Shown in pieces: positions 1 through 11,181 of a stretch of DNA of 64,000 nt; within the stretch, counting starts at the first letter, position 1, and the number at the start of each line of letters is the position of its first letter. A model generated the notes under the pieces. The model ran no database searches, was not told the DNA's origin, and saw only the letters and a program-made list of their open reading frames with translations. Origin of the DNA: Selaginella moellendorffii (taxonomy: Eukaryota > Plantae > Lycopodiophyta); contig NW_003314266.1 of assembly GCF_000143415.4 (NCBI RefSeq), positions 1,634,463 through 1,698,462 of the forward strand. The letters are read 5' to 3'. Position numbers and translations under genes: made by a program.

Positions 1-591
1 CATACCATCAGCATATCGAAGATAGACGTACTTTTGTGGCGATTTTCCACCCTCTGGAACTTCCTCCTTGAGGCTCACAAACTGGCCAATTCCAACCTTC
101 TTGTGAACTATATACTCCCCGGATATGAGCTTCTCTGGATCAACGTTATAGCTCATTCCCAGCTTCGCAAACTTCTCCCGGAGAGCCAGCATTCCCTTCT
201 TGGGCTTCTCGTTGAGAATCTCATTCAGCCTCTTCATATCGCTCTTCTCCAGCGGGCTGTGCATCGCCGGCTCCTGCTCCAGATGCTTGTGAAGCTGCGT
301 TAGCGAATCGATGCAATCGCCTCCCTCGGACGAGAAATCCCCGCTCAGCTCCACAAAGCTCTTCCTGCTGCCGTGATCGCTCCACGCCGGCGTGTATTTC
401 CTCGCCGCGTTCTGATCGGCCAGGTAGTCGAGCTGGATTGCTTCCTTGGTGTGGACTCTGGCAAGAACCGGGAAGAATGCCTGCTGGAATCCGGCGCTTA
501 CCTTGGAATTCCATGGCGCCGATGCCGCAATGCCGCCGCTCGCCTCGAATGGAACGCTCCAGCATTGGACCGAGACGATCGAGACGGCCAT
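1..591 (-). CDS. Plastid Mfd/transcription-repair coupling factor-like helicase (At3g02060-like), 5' part; runs off the window
   Basis: Not in the ORF track. Manual translation from ATG 591 is open to base 1: MAVSIVSVQCWSVPF...SYNVDPEKLISGEYIVHKKVGIGQFVSLKEEVPEGGKSPQKYVYLRYADGM. G.Y.VHKKVGIG.F...Y..YADGM is the CarD-like/TRCF domain of plant Mfd. The N-terminus resembles a transit peptide. Confidence 0.88.
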   Translation of the reverse strand, partial: MAVSIVSVQCWSVPFEASGGIAASAPWNSKVSAGFQQAFFPVLARVHTKEAIQLDYLADQNAARKYTPAWSDHGSRKSFVELSGDFSSEGGDCIDSLTQLHKHLEQEPAMHSPLEKSDMKRLNEILNEKPKKGMLALREKFAKLGMSYNVDPEKLISGEYIVHKKVGIGQFVSLKEEVPEGGKSPQKYVYLRYADGM

Positions 592-741
592 GGCCGCGCT
601 CCAGGGCTTAAAACCCCACGGCCAAATCAGCAAACGAAAGCCATTCCATCCAGATATTTTTTAACCAGCCACAACGGTTAACAAGTTAATACACGAGGGG
701 ACAAGCTAATTCACTCTAATAAATCACTTCTTACATGCTAA

Positions 742-2891
742 TTAATCACTTCTTTTCTTCTTCACTTCTAATGGTATCTCCTCCACTGCTTTGTATGGGC
801 TGGATTCGTCAAGAACTTGGATCACGAGTTTTACCTGGAACATCCAGTTTAGAGGCGTGAAAAAAAAATTATCGATCTCTTCGAAGTTCGTACCTGAGCT
901 GTTTCACGAATGAGAAAATCTGCGATGGCTGCTCGAAAGTCTGGATCGGGAATGTAGTGTGCACTGTAAGTCGCGGTTGGAACGTAGCCGCGCTGGAGTT
1001 TATGCTCTCCTTGAGCTCCAGCTTCAACTTTTTCCAGCTTCCATTCTATTGCGGCCTCTATCGCCTGTGAAGGAGAGTTTCCAAATCCTGCTCATGAGAA
1101 AGAGAACTGGATCAAGTACCTGGTAGTAGCAGGCTTCGAAATGAAGCATCGGATAGAAAACATTGGGAAGGCTGCCCCAGTTACGGCCGTAGAGTGTGTC
1201 GTCGCCAATGAGATTGAGAGCTCCCGCCACAAGCGTTTCGCCATCCTCAGCAGTTACGAGCAGCACCTTGTCACCAAGTCGAGAACCCAGTAAATGAAAG
1301 AACTCCCTCGTCAAGTATGCCTGACCCCATCTGCGATGCAATCGAGAAAGTCAGCAAACTGGAACCGAAACAGACTTCTAATACTTACTTATTATCTGTC
1401 GTGTTGCGATAGAAATTAAAAAACGCATCCCAATGGTGTGCCTGGAAATACACGTGAACTCAACGTCGTAAGTCAGGGATGAAGATACCTTGATGTCATC
1501 TCCTCGGAGGCGTTTAAGCTTCAATTTTTGGTCTTGGATCTGAATGAACGCAAGCATCCAAAGTTGTTCAAGCAAAAAAAGAAAAAAAAGAAAAAAAACT
1601 ATGCACGCTTGGAAAGCTCTTACCTTCTTGCGCTCTTGACGAATACGCTTTCGTTTGGTATGCCTCAAAGTCGCTAAAAAGTCATCAAAGCTGCAAAAGA
1701 TAGATACACATCAATCACCAAGCACGCGAAATAAAATACCTTTTATAGCCGGCATTGAACCAGTGATACTGTACACCCATCCTCTGCAAGAAGTTGTGCT
1801 TGCCCATCTCTTTCCACTCATCTTCAGTTGCAAAAGTAACGTGAACAGATGACGCTTGAGACTGCAACTCAAACAATCCCCTGATTAGCAACGCAGCAAA
1901 AACACACCGAGAGTAACAGTTTACTTCGACAACACAGCCAGAAATGTGGTACTCGGATTCTCATACTTGATGTGCGAGCTCCCGCAGCGCCTTGCAAATG
2001 CCAGCGAAAACCTGCTGCTTCAATGGACCATGACGCACAAGTATCCGCGGCCCTGTGGCTGGAGTAAAAGGTACGCACGACTGGAGCTTTGGGTAATACA
2101 TATGGCCGTAGCTCCGATAAGCGCTGGCCCATGAATGATCGAAGACGTATTCCCCGTATGAATGACTGCAACAGAAAAAAGAAAAGAAAAGCAGCTAAAC
2201 GTATAGTAGCCTTCGCTTGGATCAAGCTATCACCTTTTCAAGTACAACGGGACCACTCCCAGAACCGCTCCATTGTCGTCTCTGGCAACTAAATGCTGTG
2301 GAAGCCATCCCTCGTCCTACAAAACCGCGAAACAGTAAGAAAAAAGAGTGAGAAAAGATAGTAGATCACTCACCGCAACAGCACTTTTGCTATCCTCTAA
2401 ACACGAAAGAAATGCGTGGGTAACAAATGGATTCAAGACACCTCCGGCAGCGTCAAGCGCGCAAGCATCCCAATCATCCGCGGGAATCGTAGAAATCGTA
2501 GACACCAGGCTCACTGTAATCGTCGTAAGCTGATCGGACGAGCCCTGCAAAAATGAGAAAAATTCATGCACAAGAAGAGCAAAAAGAAAGAAAAAAAAAA
2601 CACATGAAAAACCTGCGCCGCGACAACTCCATCGGACTGTAGTTGTGATGACAAAGAAAACTCTCTTTCCAGAGATTTTAAGCGCGGTTTTCCCCAAAAC
2701 AATGCGCGGACGACACCATGTCCTCTAGATTTACAGGATTCCTGCCAAATAGCATCCATCAATCCAAGGTTTTGGATAGAATCGTCGCTAGCAAGCATAG
2801 ATACCTCGGGCGCCCATGATCTTGGCAGCAAATGCGGAGCTCTGATGGTCCCGGCGGCCACTCCAGCGCCCAAGCCGCGCGCCGCCTCCAT
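742..2891 (-). CDS. FemAB-like / DUF482 acyl-CoA N-acyltransferase (GNAT), multi-exon (At2g23390-like)
   Basis: Exons joined at GT-AG sites give NPFVTHAFLSCLEDS, VVPLYLKSHSYGEYVFDHSWA, WGQAYLTREFF, LVAGALNLIGDDTLYGRNWG, LHFEACYYQAIEAAI, EAGAQGEHKLQRGY. ATG 2891; TAA at 742-744. Confidence 0.9.
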
Positions 2892-3319
2892 CGCCGCTAC
2901 CTTCCCTGGCTAAAACCCTAAACAACGAAAAGAGATACCCGAGCAAATCCAGCCGCTCGTTTGCGTACGACCACCATGCGGGTAGTTCCTTCTACCACCT
3001 CCGAGGCACGGTGTATATTTTTTTCTCGTTTCGTTTCTAGAAACTTGCAAAGGAAAAATGCGGGAAGGAAGATTTCGATTCATCGCTTGTTTACAAATCA
3101 AGGAGGAGAAAAACGAAAGAAAACGAGAACAATCTCTCACCTCCATTCTCAGCTTACAGCGCCACGGGTTCTTTCACCTGGTAAAGAATTGCTTGAGAGG
3201 AAACGAATCGAAAACAAGATAAAGGAGAAAACAATGACGAGAAACTTGTTCCATATCCAGACCTGCTGTTTGCTCCAATCGAAAGATTTGTTGTCAGCAG
3301 CACGCGAGCGAATCTTGCT

Positions 3320-3525
3320 GCTGAGCAGTCATAAGGCAGTCCATGTAGAATGCCACAAGAACTTTGAAGCTTCTTCTTCAACTTCAACTTCTTCTTTTTC
3401 TCTCTTTTTCCTGCAAGGAACTTTGTTGCTCTGAATCGAGAGATCGTGATGCTGCTGATGCTGATTGAGACGAACGAATCGAATGGGGCTTTCCACAAAG
3501 GCTACCTTATGACTGCTCAAGAAAG
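3320..3525 (-). ncRNA. MIR1113: miRNA precursor hairpin; mature 21-mer UGAGCAGUCAUAAGGUAGCCU (3519-3499), matching smo-miR1113 as recalled
   Basis: The arm at 3499-3519 (AGGCTACCTTATGACTGCTCA) is nearly the reverse complement of 3322-3342 (TGAGCAGTCATAAGGCAGTCC). Pairing extends inward with G:U (UGUGGAA/UUCUACA). It lies in a long non-coding CT-rich region. The name is from memory and needs a miRBase check. Confidence 0.78.
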
Positions 3526-5466
3526 ACAAGATGAACTAGCTCCTGCTGGAAGAACAAAAAAAAAAAACCTGGACATTAGAAGCCACTGCAGCGCACAACA
3601 CATTCGCATTCACAGAACACCGAGAGGAAAAAACAAAGAAAGAAAAGAAGAAGCAGAGTTAAGAAAAACAAATGCAAGGAAGAACTCGGTCACTTACAGT
3701 ACCATAAACCATTAAAGGCCTTCAACATCCAAACAGCTGCACAACACGCTGCTGAGAAAAACTGGAGAAGCGGCACGGACATCTGGCAGGAAAGCAACGA
3801 ATGGAAAGAAAGAAAAAAAACAAAATTGGAAAAGGAAAAACACTGTAAAAAACAAGAACAACGAAAATGAAAGCTTGCTAGATATCAATCCATTTATCAT
3901 CAAACTCACTGACTGCCGCGCTGCTGCTGCAAAGATCTGGAGATTCACTCAAACTGCACAGCTCTAGAAACTCAATCAATGCACAAACTTTTCCAAGAAC
4001 CAGATCAAGAACACCAACACAAAAGTTTAGTCCCAGAGAAAAAAAAGAGAGAGAATGTAACAAGAGTAATCCAAGAGCGAGGAGTCTACTGACAGAGTAT
4101 CTATATATACACCAACAAACTGCGACGAAAACATTCCCATTCCGCGTTCAAATCAAACTTGTACGCTCCAAAAACCTTATCAGTAAGAAAAACGAGAAGT
4201 ATCTCACCTCAAGCACTCAAAACAAAACGAGAGAAAACGAAACACAAGAGCCAGACTAAAACCACACTCGTATATATATGTATATATACAGCAAAGACTA
4301 GCAAAGGCAGCACCGGGAAGCAAAGAAAAGTATGAAAAAACAAACCCACCATACGTACTACAAAGCGTAAGGAAAGAAAAGAGAAACCACTAAGTTGTTG
4401 GAAACAAATAACGCACGGAAAAAGAAAAGAAATGATCGCTCGAATGAGATCAAACAATGCAAGCCAAGAAAACTCGAGCAAAAACACCATAGAGAAGATT
4501 GTTCCACCGCGCTCGCTCCTACGAGAGCTTTCCTTTTATCTTTGGAAGAGGCCCGAGGAGAAAAAACTCTCACAGAGCACTGCTGCATAGTAGAGCCTCT
4601 TTCACGGTCATGGCGAGTCATTTTCTCCTTCCAGCTACCAACTTTAAAGCTTCCAAAGCCAACAACGAGCAGCCTGGACCCGTGTTTCAACCAACACTTT
4701 GCTAGCTGCCTGGAGAAGTCGCAGAGCTTAACTTAGAAATAAGCTCTCCCATTCCATCAAACAGCAGCAAAAGGAAGAGAAGAAAAAGAGGAAGACGAAG
4801 AAGAAGAAGAAAGCCACAAAGAGATGGAATCTCGTCACAAAAAACAATGGCCAAATCGGCCCACCTCACATGCCAACTCTGCAGCCAGCGATGGATTATT
4901 GTGCCGGGTCACGAGAAAACACAGAACTTTAGCTGGAAAACCTTTGGACTTCATGGAGTACAAGGAAAAGAATCTGAAAACCATCAACCATGACAGCAGC
5001 AGTGGAACAGAAGAAAATGAGAGAACAGTGCCCGCAACAATTCCAAACACAAGCAAGAGCGACGACTGAGCAGAAGAAGAAGAAAAAAACACCGAAAAAA
5101 CCATCCATCCCAATCGAGAGCAAGTTGAAGAGGCCCGAACAGAAAAGAAGAGGAAAGAAAAAAGAAAGGGAAAGGGAAGAACAATGGTGTAAGAACCGAG
5201 CCTAGCAAGAAATGCAAAAACGGGAGCAACATGCCCAATTGATCCAGAAGCTGGATCGACATCGTCAAAAGGAAATCTGACACTGCGGTAAAATCAATCA
5301 AACCACCGATCCATCCCACTGCATTTCTGCCTTTCAGGCATTTTCCTCCCCACCCAACTCGAGCGCGACCCTCCACCAAGAAAGAAATGGGAGATAGAGC
5401 GCCCATGAAGGAAGATATCCATGGAGTAGAAGAGAGAAGGAATGGATCCATGGCTTCACCAAAACC

Positions 5467-5470
<4 letters not shown>

Positions 5471-5499
<29 letters not shown>
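5471..5499. repeat. (GA)n microsatellite (CT-rich leader on the minus strand)
   Basis: About 14 GA units read directly. Confidence 0.95.
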
Positions 5500-5503
<4 letters not shown>

Positions 5504-5506
5504 AAA

Positions 5507-5660
5507 TTGACTAGAGGCTTTCTAAATTTTACGTTTGACTATTACTTTTTGACCCAAGTGATTGGTTTGTAGAAAATGGAGAGAGAGTAAAAAGTAGAAA
5601 ACTATTTCTTGACTAGAGATTTTCTAAATTTATGTTTGACTATTACTCAAGTTGATTGGT
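5507..5660. promoter_or_regulatory. Duplicated ~55-bp element with five W-boxes (TTGACY) and two minus-strand CCAAT boxes
   Basis: TTGACT at 5507, 5535, 5609 and 5636; TTGACC at 5549; ATTGG at 5561 and ~5655. The two copies (5507-5566, 5609-5660) are direct repeats. Confidence 0.5.
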
Positions 5661-6807
5661 CTTTGTATTTGTTTAACTCTGTGTTGTTGTTTGTGCACAA
5701 CCAAGAGGAATTATTTTCTTTTAGGGGCTGGCTGGACTGCCTGGCTGCTTATTCTTGTTCTTGTCAAGATCTTCCAAGTACTATTCTTCTGTTTCCTCCA
5801 CCTTAAATACTTTACCCTGGGATTTTTTCCTCCAGATTTTTAACTCCTTTCCCTTGGAATGAGAGGTGAAAACGATTTTCTTTGGAAGGCCCAGGTTCAA
5901 CTTCCACTGTCCTTTTGTGCTCGTCCATAATGCCCAAAAGCTGAGGAGGAGAATCTTAAAACCTCTTTTGCCTTTGACAATAAATCTCCCTCTTTCTTCT
6001 TTTCTGGCATTTGCCATTTTCTAGAAGCAAGCTGTTGCTGAGAAAGAGTATATACACACATAAGAGCGATCTGGAAGGATAAGTGGAGTTAGAGTGAACT
6101 TTGCAGCAAACTTTGCAAAAGAAAAGCCAACCTCAAGAAGGCCTCCACCGCTCTCGAATAATTGCCTTGCAAGGTTGTAAAGCAACAGTTCATTCAAGAT
6201 GGTTGTTGTTGCTAGCAGGCGCGTGGAGCGGTGGTCCAAAAACCCAAACCGAAAAAAAAAACGCTATCGCGCTGCTGCTGCATACCTCCATAGGAGCTCC
6301 AGCTTGTCCGCTATCCAACGCGTACAGCGCGATTAGTTGCACAGAATACGTTTGCCTCTCTGAAACCGAAGGATTTCCCCGCAGATATGTCTTCCAAAGG
6401 AGATATCAGGGGCCTCAATCCCTGTAACTTTTGCCAGAGGCCTGTCCATATTCTCGGCTAGGTGACGCAGAATATATGCATTCTTTTGCTCGTCCACCTT
6501 TCTGCCACAAGACACGCGGATCAATACAACGTTGTAAATTCACCCAGCTATACCTTTTCTATGCGTATGATAATCCATGATAGCTCCACTCGTCTTGTAT
6601 ATACTTTCGCACTGGATCCGCCTGCTCTTTTAACTAGAATATATTCGTGAATCGTCGTCCTTTCAGCCAGGACAAAAACGATGCAGCCTGTACTCACTGC
6701 CACAGCAAAGCTTTCAAAAACTTTAGAAAACGAGGCGAGAAAAAACAACAAACAAGTGCATGGTCAACCTGATCGATACGGAAGTCCAAGTTAGATCGTA
6801 AGAGTCG

Positions 6808-9192
6808 TTACTGGAATATCGTAGTTAAGTCGCTGCACAGTTCTTGAAACTTCGCTGGCCGCTTCTCTTCGATGACTTGGCAGAGATACTGCCTCACGAG
6901 CTGTTGGGGAGGCGTAAACTCGCTTTGCTTCGCAAGTAGGTGTGCATCGTTCGAGACAGCAACACCGTGCAGCGCGCAAAACTCTTGCATATCATCTACC
7001 TGAAACACGTTTTCTATTTGAGCAATTCCAAAGCAGATAGAGAAAAGAAAACTTGTTTTCGCTTACTGTCATTAGCAGAAATTCCGCGATGTCAGATAGA
7101 GGAAAGGGATGAAGTTTGTAGGCACCGTAGTTTATCATTTTTATTGCAGACGCACGGACCTGAAAAAACAAGCATTCCTCGTTGTTCTAGTGGACGAAAC
7201 CACGACACAACCACACACCTCATTAAAATAGAGTTCCATCAAGCATGCTTGCAAATACGTAGCCTTGGTTACCAACCGGAAGAACCCCCGAAAGTTATCT
7301 TGACGGTAACACCTACGATTACATGGTTAGAATATAATCTCGACAGACGCTGCAAACATAGTACCTTAAAACGCTCCGTGAAAACTCCACATCAGATGAT
7401 TTCAGCAGCGCAGGCCTGACACTCTGAAACCATAGTGTAAGTTGTTGGGGCTGAAACACCAGTTCCCAGAGACGCATTAGATAGTGAAGTTTAGCAAAAG
7501 GAGTGTTACCTGACCCAAGTTAAGAAGCACATAGTAGCTGTAAAATTCAGCCTCGTTCTCGAGGCTTTTGCTGCTATCTCCAAGAATTAAATACAGATTA
7601 AGAAGGCTTAGAAGAGCTTTCGAGAGTTGTTGTTGGTTTAGATGGGAATCAAAAACTTTTCCAGATGTCCTCAGTTGCCGCAATTCACGTTCGGACACAA
7701 TGTGGAAACGCACCTGCATGAGCATTACATCTAGTGAGGTTAGCACCAAACGTAAAGAGAACGCTTACTATGTTTTCATAAACGGAGACAGCCAGCTTGT
7801 CGGTTATCCGCTGCATACTTAGCTCTTGACGAATAGCCCGTGTTCGATCAAAGAGAAAATCATGCACCACTTCAAAAGGATAGTCGTCCACGTCCAGAAT
7901 GCGAAGCAAATGCATCATTGTACGACACAAAACAGGCAGTGGACGTACGTCAGACTCCTTTAGAGACTTTCCGGAGAAAGTCCTACAGAACTACAAAAGA
8001 ATACAAACGTTAGGACCACTAGTGCTTCAACTTCAGCACTAGACACACGATTGACATACCTTTTTCACAGCTAGCTCTTTCGTTGTTTTGCTCTGATTGC
8101 TGTCCAGCCTTTCGAACACTGCAAGATCTCTCAGCCGTGATCTCTTTTCCCGTTCTTCGGCTGAAAATTGCAATAGTCGTCACTATAAAGAACCCGAATT
8201 ATATGAAGTAACTCACCAGGACACATATCCGGACAGTTCCCAACGATGTGAGGCCAGTCGTCATCATTTTCCCGTGTTAGAACCGCCTGCCTGTAGAGCA
8301 TAAGCAGGTAGTCGCTGCTAAGTTTGACGGGCGAGTGTTTTCTGTCCCTGGTAGAAGAGGGCTCTCCGAATTCACCAAAGTTTTCAGAGTTGATGTTCTC
8401 TTTAGGAAATTCGTGAGTTGAAACCCCGTGTGATCTTGTTTCGGCGCTCTTTCGAGGAGAAAGTCCGTGATCTTTGGAGTTCTTCACGTGATCTGAACGT
8501 TTCGTCCACCTTTGGGAATTTTTTTGCTCGTTAAAACTTTGCTGCTGCTGCTGATGGTTATTTACGTTACGAAAGGAAGAGCTGTTCCCTCTCCCATTGC
8601 CTCGATAAGGATTCCTCTCAAAGGAACCTGCGCCATTTCTTTTGTAGTAGTCCTCGGAACCGCGAGAGCTTTGGATATTGCCACTCCCGTATATCTGAGC
8701 TGCGTAGTTTTCACGTCGGAAGTTTCCATAACTGTTGTTGTCGAAGTGGCTGCTACCACCTTGACGAGGATTAGCATTTCCTCCTCTTCCGCCACGAAAG
8801 TTCTCAAACCTTGTGAAGCGTTGGCCACCATCTTGAAAGCCAGGATTCTCGAAGTCACACCTTTGATCACCCCAAAACCTTCCACCACCCCTCGCATTTC
8901 CAAAGCCATCCCGTTGATCACTCCAAAACCTTCCACCGCCCCTTGCATTTCCAAAGCCACCCCTGTGATCACCCCAAAACCTTCCACCACCGCTCGCATT
9001 TTGAAAACCATCACTTTCAAAGTTTCCTTTCGGCTTGAAATCCAAGTTCCCAAACTGGCCGTCAGAGAGATCGCTTCGCGGACGCCTGTAGTAACTATCT
9101 GCAGTGCTCGGCCTCTGGATCCTCTCACTCCCATCATCATCAGCTCCAAAATCACCTCTCCCTCCACGAAATCCTCGACTCTGGGTCATCAT
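6808..9192 (-). CDS. SAC3/GANP family protein (SAC3C-like) with an RGG/FG-rich N-terminal region
   Basis: IVGNCPDMCP, ERLRDLAVFERL-like, LAVKKFCRT, DVRPLPVL, HDFLFDRTRAIRQELSMQ, FDSHLNQQQLSKAL and ENEAEFYSYYVLLNLG, in exons separated by GT-AG introns. First ATG 9192 (MMTQSRGFRGGRG); stop at 6808. Confidence 0.88.
8860..9010 (-). repeat. Three ~48-bp coding repeats (16 aa, NARGGGRFWGDQRDGF-like) in the SAC3 N-terminus
   Basis: GATCACCCCAAAACCTTCCACC recurs at ~48-bp spacing; the repeat is visible in the translation. Confidence 0.8.
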
Positions 9193-9206
9193 TTTGGTCG
9201 AATTCG

Positions 9207-11120
9207 ATGACAATTATCGGGAAATCATCACGGATGCCCCACCGCTGCGCGATTACCCAGCCGCCACCGGCATTGCGTCCGCAATCGCCATCGCATCTTC
9301 CACCATACCTTAAAGAACACGAAATCGTCCCCTTTGCCGCTCCATCGCCACAGCAAAACCCTAGCAATTGTTCTTCCATGATTGCGTCATCCACTAGTAT
9401 AACAAATCTTACTATGGATGAGAGGGCTCATTGTGTAGAGCTTATTAAATCGTGCACAACCATTTACAAGGCTCTAGAGGTCCACTCCAAGATCCCCAAA
9501 TCGATCATATCAGACACATACGTTGCCAATCTTTTGATTAAAATGTATTCTCGCTGTGGGAGCTTAGATCGCGCGAGGCAAATCTTCGAAACTTTGCCCA
9601 CCAAGAACGTCTTCACTTGGGCAACGATGCTTTCCTCGTACGCTCACGGAGGGAATCTGGGAGAAGCGAGGAGGATATTCGACGCCATGCCAGAGAGGGA
9701 CCTCGTCTCGTGGAATGCGCTGCTGAGCGCATATTCTAAGCTTGGGTATCTGGAAGAGACACGGGCATTTTTTGACACAATGAAAGAAAAGAATCACGTC
9801 TCGTGGAATGCGATGCTGGCTGCGAATATACAACACGGCAGCCTTGAAGATGCAAAAGGCATCTTCGACAAGATGCCCGAGTGGGACACGGTATCGTGGA
9901 CGGCGATGCTCGCGGCATATGCCCAATCTGGGTATATTCTATTCGCCAAGCAGCTGTTTGACGGGATGCCCTTCCGGGATTTGGTGACGTGGAACGCAAT
10001 GCTTTCTGGTTATGTCCAAAGCAAGAATATAGAAAAAGTACTTTTCCTTTTTAATTCCTTCCCGGAACGAGAGCTAGTCTCGTGTACCACTGTGCTGACT
10101 GTATATGCCCAAGCCGGGCATATGGAAGATGCGAAAAGAATCTATAAGGCCATGAAGGAAAGGGATCTGGTCACCAACAATGCGCTCTTGTGCGGATATT
10201 CCCAGTATAAAACCTTGGAAGATACGAAGTGCTTTTACGACAATATGCCTGAGCATGACCATGTTTCTAAATCTACAATGCTCTCTGCATTTGCCCAAAA
10301 CGGGTATCTAGACGAATCTCAGGCACTTTTAATTAGTGTAAAAGAAAATCTTATGGCCCAAACCAGCATGCTGTGCGCATATGCTGAAGATGGGCGTCTT
10401 AGCGATGCAAAAAGAATATTTGATGCGATGCCTGAAAGAGATCTCGTTGCATGGAATGCAATACTCTACGCTTATGCCCAAAACGGGCATCAAGAGGCCG
10501 CGGCAAGTATATTCCACACAATGGATGGCCGAGATGCGATTTCCTGGAACGCAATGTTATCGATGTACGCTTGGCATGGTTTGCTTGCCAAAGCCGAACA
10601 AATATTTTACACTATGGAAGAACCAAACATTAGCTCTTGGAATGCTTTGTTAGCGGCATATGCCCAAAGAGGGCACCACCTTAGAGTTCTTGAAACGTTT
10701 CACTCCATGAAAGTTATCAACGATCCAGATGAAATCTCGTGGATTTGCGGACTGCTGGCATGCAGCCACGTAGGCAGTGTCAATCTTGGGTGGTGTTTTT
10801 ACGTATCGCTCAACATCGACTTTGGTTTCCAGCCGAGCAAGCAAATCTATAGCTGCATGGTCGATCTTCTTGGAAGAATGGGGTATATGGAAGATGCAGC
10901 GGATCTTCTCCACAGCATGCCATTCGTTCCAGATTCGCTGGACTGGACAAGCTTTCTGGGATCATCGATTGCGCACAAGGATTTCAAGCGCGGCGTCAAT
11001 GCAGCTGGGCTTATTCTCAGGCAGTATTCCCACAATGGAGGAGCTTACATTGCTCTTGCAAGCATCTACTCATCGAGGCGGAATGTTCAATTGAGCAATA
11101 AGGATGCATTTAGTATGTGA
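9207..11120 (+). CDS. PLS-class PPR protein (tandem 31-aa short motifs, partial E domain, no DYW); start at 9207, 9378 or 9414
   Basis: Single 637-aa ORF with repeats such as MPERDLVSWNALLSAYSKLGYLEETRAFFDT, then LLACSHVG...YSCMVDLLGRMG...MPFVPDSLDWTSFLG and GAYIALASIY; ends before any DYW domain. Confidence 0.93.
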   Translation: MTIIGKSSRMPHRCAITQPPPALRPQSPSHLPPYLKEHEIVPFAAPSPQQNPSNCSSMIASSTSITNLTMDERAHCVELIKSCTTIYKALEVHSKIPKSIISDTYVANLLIKMYSRCGSLDRARQIFETLPTKNVFTWATMLSSYAHGGNLGEARRIFDAMPERDLVSWNALLSAYSKLGYLEETRAFFDTMKEKNHVSWNAMLAANIQHGSLEDAKGIFDKMPEWDTVSWTAMLAAYAQSGYILFAKQLFDGMPFRDLVTWNAMLSGYVQSKNIEKVLFLFNSFPERELVSCTTVLTVYAQAGHMEDAKRIYKAMKERDLVTNNALLCGYSQYKTLEDTKCFYDNMPEHDHVSKSTMLSAFAQNGYLDESQALLISVKENLMAQTSMLCAYAEDGRLSDAKRIFDAMPERDLVAWNAILYAYAQNGHQEAAASIFHTMDGRDAISWNAMLSMYAWHGLLAKAEQIFYTMEEPNISSWNALLAAYAQRGHHLRVLETFHSMKVINDPDEISWICGLLACSHVGSVNLGWCFYVSLNIDFGFQPSKQIYSCMVDLLGRMGYMEDAADLLHSMPFVPDSLDWTSFLGSSIAHKDFKRGVNAAGLILRQYSHNGGAYIALASIYSSRRNVQLSNKDAFSM

Positions 11121-11181
11121 TTGCCAAAAGTTCAAGTAAATAGTTTTCGGGAAAAAAATCTTGTTTGATTTTGAGAAAAGA

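Noticed and set aside
34-681. Plus-strand and alternative-frame ORFs over the first 700 bp
   Set aside because: Shadows of the minus-strand Mfd CDS (591 to 1).
4735-4765. Minus-strand TTTGATGGAATGGGAGAGCTT, loosely like miR159/319
   Set aside because: Too many mismatches and no complementary arm found.
2910-5572. Many 60-160 aa F/L/S-rich or K/R-rich ORFs
   Set aside because: Products of CT/GA-rich low-complexity non-coding sequence; no domain motifs.
5700-6770. Possible spliced gene between the miRNA region and SAC3
   Set aside because: Splice-like sites exist, but I could not assemble a continuous frame or recognise a domain; may be UTR or a relic.
8512-9210. 232-aa plus-strand and 201-aa minus-strand ORFs
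   Set aside because: Antisense or alternative frames of the repetitive RGG exon of SAC3.
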